In this document: one piece after another, positions 12,501 to 25,456 of the stretch
Layout of the letters: each line of letters opens with the position of its first letter
Position numbering within the stretch: position 1 is the first letter of the stretch
NCBI RefSeq assembly: GCF_001194135.2
Contig: NC_068983.1
Coordinates: 119,595,690 to 119,648,601 of the forward strand
Direction: 5' to 3'
DNA: 52,912 nucleotides
Origin: Octopus bimaculoides
Taxonomy: Eukaryota
Notes under the pieces: model-generated
What the model was told of the DNA's origin: nothing
What the model saw: only the letters and a program-made list of their open reading frames with translations
Database searches by the model: none
Program-made: the position numbers and the translations under genes

Positions 12501-14872
12501 TTAAAATTTGTTAAAAAAAGCCTTCTACTCGTAAAATTCACACCCAAAAGTTTTCAGAACTGCCAATATGGCCAGGGAAAAAAAGGTTTTTAATTCAGTT
12601 GTATTTAGCATAATTTCATTTACTTATGATTAGATTTTATTAAATTTTCATTAAATAAAAATAATTTCTGTTTAACAGATATCACATTAAAGCTATTAAA
12701 TTACAAAGTGTTTGTGTTGTTTATAATAAACTTTATTTTACACTAGTCTAAGTACCTGGCGTTGCTCGGAAGTTTAAAGAATGTTAAAAGAAATAAATAT
12801 ATTTATTCTGATAAAAAAGATATTTTCAGAAAAATTCTATCAGATGATGTGAGAAATCAATCACTGTTTAATTATGTTAGCACAGGGCAGCAAGATGGCA
12901 GAAATGTTAGCATGCTGGGCTAATTGCTTAGCAACATTTTGTCCGTCTTTATGTTCTGAGTCCAAATTCCACTGAGGTTGACTTTGCCTTCCATCCTTTT
13001 AAGGTGCAGGAGTGGCTGAGTGGTAAGTAGCTTGCTTACCAACCACATNNNNNNNNNNNNNNNNNNNNNNNNNNNNNNNNNNNNNNNNNNNNNNNNNNNN
13101 NNNNNNNNNNNNNNNNNNNNNNNNNNNNNNNNNNNNNNNNNNNNNNNNNNNNNNNNNNNNNNNNNNNNNNNNNNNNNNNNNNNNNNNNNNNNNNNNNNNN
13201 NNNNNNNNNNNNNNNNNNNNNNNNNNNNNNNNNNNNNNNNNNNNNNNNNNNNNNNNNNNNNNNNNNNNNNNNNNNNNNNNNNNNNNNNNNNNNNNNNNNN
13301 NNNNNNNNNNNNNNNNNNNNNNNNNNNNNNNNNNNNNNNNNNNNNNNNNNNNNNNNNNNNNNNNNNNNNNNNNNNNNNNNNNNNNNNNNNNNNNNNNNNN
13401 NNNNNNNNNNNNNNNNNNNNNNNNNNNNNNNNNNNNNNNNCATATAATTGCCCATGAGAGAAGCAAGGAGAAGCAAGGTTAAGCCCAACAGCATTGAGAG
13501 ATTGTGCTTGAGATTTGTTTATGGACATAGCAAAACTTAGTTTCACTGGGAACTGGAGCCGTTTAAATTCATAGGGAAGTCAGATGGGATTAATGGGATC
13601 TGTGGAATGAAGACATCATCACCCTTATATTTCCCAAGAGAAATGAATTTTGGTGGTAAGGATTAAACCTCTTGTTTCATTATCACAATTAAAAAGCATT
13701 TATCTTTACTTTAAAAAAAGAGGTGGGGTCGTAGACGTATGATGGAGAATTATTCAATATCGTGTTTGCTTCTATCAGAATCAGTTACCTTTAAAGTGAA
13801 AAAAACAAAACTGATGTATATGGCAGGTATGTAAAACATGTTTCTGTTTTTGAAATATCAACAAAATCAAAGCTGATAAATATGCACAGGTGTTGCAAAT
13901 TAGGTTTAATTACCAATAAATATTATTGGTTTTAGTAAATTTATACAGAAAAAGTAAGCATTATACCGTCCAGCATAAATAAAAGTCAACTTCATTTCAA
14001 CTTATTTTTTCTGTAAAAACCTATTCTGACATTAAATGAGTCAACTTCTGGTGTGAATGCTTACGTTTTGTACGTCTTTTTGCAAAAAAAAAAAAAAATT
14101 CTAAAATCATTCAGGAAATGATCTACTCATGTAATTTATGCACCCCTAAAGTTTATTTTTATTTTTGCAAAAAAAAAAAAAAAATGCATAAATTACATGG
14201 GTTTTTATAGTGTCTACATTTAAAATTGTCAATTAAACCATATATTATCCACTCTCTTTACATCAGTGCAGTAGGAAAACTACAAAATTCTATATACCAA
14301 AGTATATTTATGTGTTTGACATGTATACATTGGTATAGAATTAATTTTGGGATTATAATGTAAGTTCTTGGCAAACAGCATAAGTATTAGACTGTTATCA
14401 AGCTTAGTTTAACCTTGACCTTCAGCAAAGTGACAGTACTTAGCAGTTGTACAAAAAGGATGACCTAGTTTAGAAGTGGATATACAAACTTGCTAATTGG
14501 TAGAAGTTTGACACTAGTTTCATCTAATGAGAATTTATAATAGCTCTCAAATTAACACAAATATGTAAATTATAAATTAGCTTATAAGCTAAGTTAAACA
14601 ACTTTTTTACACAGATTATAGCTACAATGTTTCTGAGAAAAACAAGGTTCAGTAAGGCTGGTTGGCAATTAGAGAGGCCAGAAACTGTCCTAATACCCAT
14701 GCTGTTTGGCTGAGAATTTGGAGTATATTGCCATAAATTCATTCCACAGAAAGACTGCATATAAATACACTTCAATAAGCTGACATTTTCAATTTCTCAT
14801 ACAGTATCAAAAACTTGTTTTCAAATGTTGATTTTTATTTTAAAATATTTTATTTTACATCTACATACACAC

Positions 14873-14922
<50 letters not shown>

Positions 14923-17900
14923 TGTTAGGAAGGGCATCCAGCTGTAGAAACTCTGCCAAATTAGATTGGAGCCTGGTGTTGCCATCCGGTTTCACCAGTC
15001 CTCAGTCAAATCGTCCAACCCATGCTAGCATGGAAAGCGGACGTTAAACGATGATGATGATGATGATGATGATATATATAAATTCAAAATGGCTGAAGAT
15101 TAGCTTCACGCTTGAAACTCAGAGTATCAATGAATTTGAATCAAAGGCCATGTTGGAGAAAACTTATATAGGTGCAGGAGTGGCTGTGTAGTACGTAGCT
15201 TGCTTACCAACCACATGGTTCTGGGTTCAGTCCTACTGCATGGCACCTTGGACAAGTATCTTCTACTATAGCCTCGGGCCAACCAAAGACTTGTGAGTGG
15301 ATTTAGCAGACGGAAATTGAAAGTAGCCCATCGTATATATATATATATATATATGCATGTGTGTGTATATGCTTGTGTGTGTGTGTGTGTTTGTTCCCAC
15401 CCAACATCGCTTGACAACCGATGTGTTTATGTCTCTGTAACTTGGTGGTTCGGCAAAAGAGTCCGATAGAATAAGTACTAGGCTTACAAAGAATAAGTCT
15501 AGGGGTCGATTTGCTCAACTAAAGGCGGTGCTCCAGCATGACCGCAGTCAAATGACTGAAACAAGAATAAAAGAATATATATATATATATATATATATAT
15601 ANNNNNNNNNNNNNNNNNNNNNNNNNNNNNNNNNNNNNNNNNNNNNNNNNNNNNNNNNNNNNNNNNNNNNNNNNNNNNNNNNNNNNNNNNNNNNNNNNNN
15701 NNNNNNNNNNNNNNNNNNNNNNNNNNNNNNNNNNNNNNNNNNNNNNNNNNNNNNNNNNNNNNNNNNNNNNNNNNNNNNNNNNNNNNNNNNNNNNNNNNNN
15801 NNNNNNNNNNNNNNNNNNNNNNNNNNNNNNNNNNNNNNNNNNNNNNNNNNNNNNNNNNNNAAAAATTGCAATAAACCTTTCGGATCATATTTGAGCATGC
15901 CTGCCATCCTCTAATTCCAATATCTTTATTAAAAGACATATTCAGTTTCATTGTGGAATCATAGTACTCAATCATATCAAAAAGAGCTTCAGCAGTCTGC
16001 AAATAAACGGAAACAAAAAGTGATTTTTACCAAAATAATAATAATAAAAAGACTAAGGTTTTTCAGTTTTCTTTTATGTAAATATAACTTATGGTTTAAT
16101 TCATTTTGCATTTTTCATTTTGTCTTATTCATAGTAAAACTTATATCAGTCCTAAACAATCAGTTAATTCTTGTGTTTTCTTGAACCTATTTATGGCATT
16201 GTTCATCTTCAATTACCAAATATTTTTAATAATTCCCATCATCTATTTTCACAAAACTGTGTTATTTCATACATGACTTGAGAGACAATTAAACATAACA
16301 TGCTTTCAATTGTTAAATCTCTTCTTAGTTCTGTAGTTTGTTTTTAGTCATCATGAACAAGGCCATGTTGGAGCAAAATCATCTTCTGAAATTGAATGCT
16401 GTATCTCTCTCATGTGTATGATGGAATCTCTGATTGAAGGCCTCTCTGCTTTGATTGTCTTTTTGCAGAAAGTTGATAAAGAATGATAGAAAGAAATGTA
16501 GCTAGATGCTTTATAAATGCCTCAGGAAAACTTTGGCCATGTTTCTTAGTCCTTTTGGAAGATGATAGGATTACATTTTTGAAAAAATTCTACAGGCCCA
16601 CTTTTGTTCCATGCCAGCCAGTGTTACTTTCATGTGAAATCTAATTGCTTAGACCTATTTTTTTTTTATTATGGATTTATCACACGTGCAGTGTACTTGA
16701 CCTACAGTACTTATAACACTTCACATCCATTATATGTTATCAGAAGCAGCATTGTTTTAATGTCTTCTTTTCTATGCTTGCATGGATAAGACACAATTCA
16801 TTGAGACAAATTTTCTACGGTCAAAGGCTTCTGTTGTCAACCATTACCAGTTCCAAGCAAGGTAATATTTTCTCTTAGGCTGAACATGTTTTCACAAGTA
16901 GCATTTGTATGAAGGTGACATTTGTTTACAATTAGCATGCGATGTCAGGTCAAGGTGACATACACACACACATGTATGTACACACACCTATATATAATGG
17001 GCTTCTTTTCAGTTTCCATTTACTTAAATTTATTGACAAAGCATCGGTTGACCAGGAGCTATAGTAGAACTTGATTAAGATGCTGTGTAGTGGGACTGAA
17101 CCCAAAGTCATATGGTTGTAAAGCAAATGTATTAGCTTCGCAGTCATGCCTCACATACATATAATATCAGACAAAAACCAAATAGCTTTATGTAGTAACA
17201 TAATTAATAAAGAAAAATATTAAATTAATCAAAGAAGTATTTCAAAACTAAGTAAACTTCAATGAAATATTAATCCAAATGTGACAAAATAACAAAAAAA
17301 ATATTACCCCATCGTCCAAATCACAAATTTTAAGAACAATACTTTCAAACTGAACTCTTCGAAAGACTTCTTCTAGAGCTTCACAATGTTTATGATCCAA
17401 CTGTTCACCTTGAAAGACAAGAATATTTATTTCAAAATACATGTATTCTATGAGAGACAAAATGAATGAAGACTATTCTATTCATGGTTACAAATAACAA
17501 TTTAGCAATTAAGAATAAAGACTGAGATAAATAGGTATTTTTTCTAGGAATACAATCTCTTTCTTTTGATAGGATTCATCAACACCTTAGAGAATAATTT
17601 CTCATTTATTATATTGCAAATTGCTATTTCATATCTATTAGCAACAAATCATAATTAGATTGTTTTGGAGCAATACTTATTAGGCAAGTGATCATGTGTT
17701 GTAAGTGAAAGAACTACATTGTGTAAGAATCAACTTAAGTGTCATTTAAAGATACATTGATTATTACTTTCACTTTTTCTCATTTCTTTAACACTTAGCA
17801 TTTCAGCTGGCCATATCTTGCCCAAATATTCTACCTGCTTTATTTTCAAACTAGCTATATCTGACCTCTTACATCAACCCTACATTATCATTCTAAAAAT

Positions 17901-20900
17901 AAACAATTACACCATCAAAATCTCATTGCTGTGAAATAATGCATAATTAATTCAAAACAATGTGTGTGTGATAAAAAAAAGAATTACATTTGACAGAGTA
18001 ATCTGAATATTAAAGAGTTAATTAGAAAAAAAAGCATATTTTTACATTCTTATTTCTTAATTAGTATTAAGTTGTCAAAAGTTTCAGCACATCAAGAACA
18101 CATGGTATGCACAAGGCAGCGAGCTGGCAGAAACGTTAGCATGCTAGGCGAAATGCTTAGCGGTATTTTGTCTGTCTTTACGTTCTGTGTTCAAATTCCG
18201 CTAAGGTTGACTTTGCCTTTCATCCTTTCGGGATCGATAAATTAAGTACCAGTTGCGCACTTGGTTTGATCTAATCGACTGGCCCCCTCCCCAAAAATTT
18301 TGGGCCTTGTGCCTAGAGTACAAAAGAATATTACAATATTGCTTTCAAATTTTGGCACAAGATCAGCAATTTGAGAGGAGGGGATAGGTTGATTACATCA
18401 ACCCCCAATACTCAACTGGTACTTATTTTATCAACCCTAAAAAGATGAAAAGCAAAGTCAACCTTGACAGAAATTGAACTCAGAATATAAAGACAAACAA
18501 AACACTGCTAAATATTTTGCCTGGCATGCTAACGATTCTGCCTTATGCAATATTACAACAGTAAGAAACAAATTTCTCAATAGAATGTGTTTACTATCTT
18601 TTAAAAATGTGAAACTATGAACATTAGCAAGTATAAACATGTTCTTTAGACCAAATCTGTGATCAACCTGTCTGTTTATATGTCTAGAACTACAGTATCT
18701 AATTTTCCCTTTCATTGAAAACTAGTAGGGTGTGACTTGAGGGTGTGACTAGGTTTTTGACATCAAACATATAAACACATATAAACAACTATATATTTAA
18801 TAATTTCATGAAGCAACGAGACTTGTGAAATTATTGCAATACACTAGCAAGCACCATAGAGAAAACAAAGAGTACAAGCTGGTTGTAGCCAATTCATTTG
18901 ACTTACATCTCTTATATGTTGAGTAAAAGTTTGAACACCAATTCATTTATTCCTTAAAGTCAAAATTGACAAATCAGCAACTGGTAAAGACTGTGATTTT
19001 CAAATAATTGACGATTTGATATTTGACTCTACATAATTTACCTAGGTACAATATAATAACAAAGTCTATCTCATGTAATTTTTGTTGAGAGGTTACAGCT
19101 CTGGTACTTCAGACACGTGATTAGAAAATTGCAGGAAAGAATTACAAGATGGGTTCTTTAAGCCAAGCCAACTAGCAGGAGACCTAGAAGTAAACCAATA
19201 ATGAGATTGTTGGATAATATCCATAGTCTCAGTTGGTTACACTTGAAAATCCAGCCAGAAAGTCTAATGACGGTTGCTTCTGATATGACCCAGAGGAGGA
19301 GGTGCCTGAGGACTCTACCCCCATGAACCTCCCAGGAATAGTGAGTGAAGAAGAAGGATGGATGGATTAAAATAAAAATAAAATAAAAGTAAAAAAAAAG
19401 AAAAGAACAAAGAGAAAGTTGAAGATGTATTTATTTTCATACTTCTATCTCATAGAGATGAAATAGCTGAGTGGATAAAGCATTGCACTACCAGCTCATG
19501 TGATAAGAATCCAAATCTAGTACGAAGAAGTAGTTGTGCTTTGGTAGTAAACTTCTACATTCTTCAATAGAACTAATTAATAGAATTTGCTATGACCTTT
19601 GGACTTGTTATCTGCAATAAACTGGACTTGCTAGCTGCAATGTCCAGTCTATATGGAGTTTTATCTGTCAATATTACATGATTCAAGAGTTAATCTTTTC
19701 AAGCATTTCATCAAAAGATACATGTGATAATTATTTGGAACATAAGGTTCTTTATTAATTAAATAGAATTTTAAAATTATTTACCTTGAAGAACGAAAGA
19801 TTTATGCCTATTCCAGCAATTTTTTACATTCTGTGAAAAAAAAGAAAGAAGTAAAATATATAATAGTCTTTTTTTTTGTTTAGTATACTCAAAAAATTTA
19901 GATATAGTCACCACTCAAGAGTTAGACAAATTTTAGCAATCATAAGGCAACCTAGCTTTATTTTGTAAAATTTATTATTTGCTATGACAAAAAACTGGCA
20001 CTACCTGTAGGTTTTTGACATCAAACATATAAACACATATAAACAACTATAGGTAGCAAAGTACATATCTGGAATATCAAAGAAATATGATTTTCATGAC
20101 AAAAATAGCAACATTTATTTCTTTAGAAATATATACATAGAGAGAGAGAGAGAGGAGGGGCGGGAGAGAGGCAGAATGTGTGTGAATGTGCAGATTCAAA
20201 TGAGTCACTGGTTATCTGGAACATGGAGGGGGATGGGTAAGTATAAAATATAGGGAAAGATGAAGAGAAAAAACAATGTCATTTCATACTTGAAAAAAAA
20301 AAAATTTTCTCATTATTTGTCATTAACTATTTGGAGCCAAAGCCTATTCAGGCTGCTTCTTTGAAGATGGAGTCACTTAAGAGGTATAAAAGAATAAAGG
20401 TTTTCTTATTAAAATTCTGTCAAAAAATATATGAATCTCAACAAAGAAAAGCAATTCATATACTCTCAAAGATATTAATTATTTTGTCTTGCTAGCACAA
20501 AAATGATCCAATTGTCCTGTATGGATTGATTTAATGGCGAAAGAAATGTCATTATTCAACTGCCTACTTATTTTCATGTGATACTTTGATGTTATATATC
20601 CCGTTGCTAATGTTACATAAAATATTATATGAATGCCTTGATTAGATGCATTAAGATGCATCTAGTGAAGGGCATGTTTGCAGATTAACACAGGCAACAC
20701 ATTCTAAAGAACAACCAAATGATCTAATGGAAAGTTGCCCACCACCATCAGAGCCTGCCAAGACTTCAGCTTAAAGGCCACAGTGTCAGGCCAATTCCTT
20801 TCATCCAACACATTGGTTGAACATTCTTTCTCCACTACCATTATTGTCAACAACTGAAAGGTGAAGTAGTCCTTGAGTTCACATACCTTAGCTCTGTTAT

Positions 20901-21535
20901 CACAGACAGCAACTCCCTTAAATCTGTGATTAACAGATGGATTGGTAGACAGAACAACCTCAACACTTACTAGGCTAACAAAGAGTCTGGAAGAACAGTA
21001 AACTAATGACATACACCATAGTTATACTATACATAGCCTGTATCCCCAGTACACTACTTAATGAAAGCAAGACCTTGCAAAAATGGGTTTCTACCTTTGA
21101 GTGAAGATTATTTTGTACATTGCTTTTGCATGTCTGAAGTGCAATGCTGCATTGCAGCAAGGCAGGGACATTAAATACAGAGGATGAGTGGAGGTTGGAG
21201 AGAAATGGAGTATGCTCTACTAACTATATAATGTATATGAATGATGTGGCACAGATGAGCTGAGAGAAAAACTGGTTATAAGAGAAATTTGATGTATTGG
21301 GAACAAGAGACAACTGTGTTAATATGGACTATGTAATATGTATGAATGATGACAGATGAGTAAAGAAGTGCCAAGCAATCCATGTGGAAGGAAACTCTGG
21401 AAAAGGATCATCAAAGGAGATATAAGCAGACGTGGTGAAAGGTAATTTCAGGATGCTGCACATGACGAAGGAACACAACAAATAGCAAGGTGCTGTGTTG
21501 GGGCAGACCAGTGGAAAAGAAGATATAGATGATGG

Positions 21536-21579
<44 letters not shown>

Positions 21580-22821
21580 CAGGTGGTGATTATGTTGACA
21601 AGAACTAGAGTAAAGGTTGTTTCTAAAATGTCTCTGTTTATTTTATTTTTAGTTCATAAAATAAAACAATAAAACAAGAATAGAGACTCAACAGTTATTA
21701 GATACATATAAGAAGGAACACTAAAAAATGTTTTAACTGGACAATTGTTTCACAAGCAAAGGTTTCTGCAAGTTAAATATATTTATTGAAAACATGACTT
21801 CATTTTTCTAATGAATGCAATATGATTATTTTTTAAATTCTCTATCACAACAGGTGAACAATAACCTCATTAATTTCAGGTTTCCAATGAGCCAATCACT
21901 GGTTCACTATATTTCTGATGGTGAAAGAGACAAGAGTGTAACCTGACACAGAATAAATATTGTGAAGGACTCTTAACCTTTTTGTTACCTTACTTCTGCT
22001 GAAGCACACTACCTCTGTTTCAATTAATTTTGAAAATAATGAAAGATTTATGATATAACCTTGAAGTTAACAAGCTGGTGTTGGGAAGAAATTAGCATGA
22101 AATTTTAAAGGGCGGTTTTAATTTATATATTAATCAAGACCCAACCATGACCCAGCATTGAATGCGACTTTCATAACTAGGACAAGGCAGTACAACTTTT
22201 GATTATAAGAGAAGAAAAAAGATATTTTCTTATTTAATAAATTCTTCACTGGACCAAAATCTACTTCCTGCACAATATTTGTTGTGCATTACCATTGCCT
22301 TCTACAATTACTACACACAGTGGGCCTATTTCTGTCAATCTATATAAAGATTCACTAAGGCCAAATGTGTGATGCTGTACATGGTTAAGTTGAAGGGAGA
22401 GATGAAAAGAGAGACAAAGAGTGTTAGTGGTGAGAGCTAAGGCAGTGCTATAATGTTATGGGATTAAATAGTTAGTTACAGAAAGATAGAAAGAGGGAGC
22501 ACTGATAGTAAAACAATACACCTGTCTTTCTGCTTCTTATAATTTGTTTCCTTACTTAGACTTTGCAGAGAACATCATCCACAACAGTTCTATCCACAAG
22601 TAAGATCATCTGGAATTTAACTTTCACTGATTTCTTACTTTCAAATATCACTTCTGATTCAAGCCTTTCCCACCACTCCTAGACAATCTGCCAACCCTTT
22701 TATGATAGAAATGCATTATTTAGGAGCTGTTTTTCCAACTATTAACCTGTACTCAATCAAATTAACTCTTAATTGAATTACATTTCCCAGTTATTCTTAT
22801 GTCTAATTACAGGAAGATGCA

Positions 22822-22871
<50 letters not shown>

Positions 22872-22943
22872 NNNNNNNNNNNNNNNNNNNNNNNNNNNNN
22901 NNNNNNNNNNNNNNNNNNNNNNNNNNNNNNNNNNNNNNNNNNN

Positions 22944-22995
<52 letters not shown>

Positions 22996-25405
22996 CTAAA
23001 TCTCTTACAATAATTCATAATAAAGACTTAAATGTAAACAATCAACTAGAAATGTCTCGTAAAAAAATTGCAAACAAGATAGGTTAATCCATACTTGAAA
23101 CATAGTCTCAATATAATTAGGTCTTTAATCATACCTTTTCATCAGTTACTTACCAAAAGTTGTTGAATGATTTTATTCCATGGTTTCACATCATAGACTT
23201 TACATCCCTTTTTGTAAGCATCAACAAGTTCTTCCGCAGTACAAATTGGTGCTAAGGAAAAATAATAATACATTTAGATACATACATACATTTGTACACA
23301 TACACACACACACACATGTATAGGTATATTTACATGTTTGAATAACATATATTTAAAATACCAGCATTTGATACTGATATAGATTCATATGAATAATTAA
23401 ACAACAATTTCACAACACCATTTTCTTTTCTGTTGATTGAACAAAAGAATACTTGTTGTTAAAGATCTTTTAATAAGTATACCTGTTTATATATATGTCA
23501 ATATGTCTGGAGGGACCCTTGGTATGTAACAGCATATAACTGATTGCTTGTGTGAGTTTCATTACACACACACACGTATATATATATATATATATATATG
23601 TAAATATATAAAAATAAAAAGATAAAGAGAGCAATGGTACATATATATTTACATATACACACGCTAATATATGACTTATAATCCCCAATCCTGTTCATAC
23701 AACGACTGGGGCAAACTAGTCGGTATACAGCACTTACTCGGTATTACCTGTATCCTCTTGGGTTTGGTTAAATCCAATACCCTCCTCAACCTTATATATA
23801 TATAATTATATATATATATATANNNNNNNNNNNNNNNNNNNNNNNNNNNNNNNNNNNNNNNNNNNNNNNNNNNNNNNNNNNNNNNNNNNNNNNNNNNNNN
23901 NNNNNNNNNNNNNNNNNNNNNNNNNNNNNNNNNNNNNNNNNNNNNNNNNNNNNNNNNNNNNNNNNNNNNNNNNNNNNNNNNNNNNNNNNNNNNNNNNNNN
24001 NNNNNNNNNNNNNNNNNNNNNNNNNNNNNNNNNNNNNNNNNNNNNNNNNNNNNNNNNNNNNNNNNNNNNNNNNNNNNNNNNNNNNNNNNNNNNNNNNNNN
24101 NNNNNNNNNNNNNNNNNNNNNNNNNNNNNNNNNNNNNNNNNNNNNNNNNNNNNNNNNNNNNNNNNNNNNNNNNNNNNNNNNNNNNNNNNNNNNNNNNNNN
24201 NNNNNNNNNNNNNNNNNNNNNNNNNNNNNNNNNNNNNNNNNNNNNNNNNNNNNNNNNNNNNNATATGCATATGTAGGTACAAGATGTCACCAACTGTAAA
24301 CAACATGAAGTATGAAAACAAACGAGTTGAATACGCAAACAAGAGAAAAAAATGGAAAACAGAACAAGTAACACAAAGAACAACCCTTCATCAGTTGTCA
24401 GCTGTCTATCTGCTCCTCATTTCGAGCATTCAATGACTATATGAATCTTCGAAGACAGTTGCTCCCATAACTTCCAAAATAAAATTTTGGATTTATGGAG
24501 GATAGAAGTTGGGAACAAAAACAGGACAGTGGAGACATGTAAGAAAACGAGTGAGTAGACAAAAGAAAGAAGGGAACTCAGCACATTTATTGGGAGTCAC
24601 ATGTATGGGTCACAATAATTTGATTCAAACTCCTTGGTACTCTGAGTTTCAAGTATGTCACTAGTCTTTGGCCATCGAGTCTGAATTCAGACTCAATAGC
24701 TGAAGACTAGCAATACACTTGACATTTAGAGTACCAAGGAGTTTGAATCAAACTACTTTGATNNNNNNNNNNNNNNNNNNNNNNNNNNNNNNNNNNNNNN
24801 NNNNNNNNNNNNNNNNNNNNNNNNNNNNNNNNNNNNNNNNNNNNNNNNNNNNNNNNNNNNNNNNNNNNNNNNNNNNNNNNNNNNNNNNNNNNNNNNNNNN
24901 NNNNNNNNNNNNNNNNNNNNNNNNNNNNNNNNNNNNNNNNNNNNNNNNNNNNNNNNNNNNNNNNNNNNNNNNNNNNNNNNNNNNNNNNNNNNNNNNNNNN
25001 NNNNNNNNNNNNNNNNNNNNNNNNNNNNNNNNNNNNNNNNNNNNNNNNNNNNNNNNNNNNNNNNNNNNNNNNNNNNNNNNNNNNNCACCAGTCCTCAGTC
25101 AAATCGTCCAACCCATGCTAGCATGGAAAGCGGACGTTAAACGATGATGATGATGATGATATATATATATATATACATACACACACACTTTACTCTTTTA
25201 CTTGTTTCAGTCATTTGACTGCAGCCATGCTGGAGCACCACCTTTTAGTTGAATAAATCGCCCCCAGGACTTGTTCTTTGTAAGCCTAGTACTTATTGTA
25301 TCAGTCTGTTTTGCTGAACTGCTAAGTTACGGGGACAAACACACCAACATCAGTTGTCAAGCAATGGTGGTGGGGGGACAAATACAGATGCACAAATACA
25401 TACAA

Positions 25406-25456
<51 letters not shown>

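Noticed and set aside
14524-14775. 83-aa minus-strand ORF as a candidate exon 6
   Set aside because: No LRR pattern and weak splice signals; the true exon is at 12184-12334.
15171-15245. tRNA genes at SINE heads
   Set aside because: A and B boxes are present but there is no complete cloverleaf, and they continue into SINE bodies.
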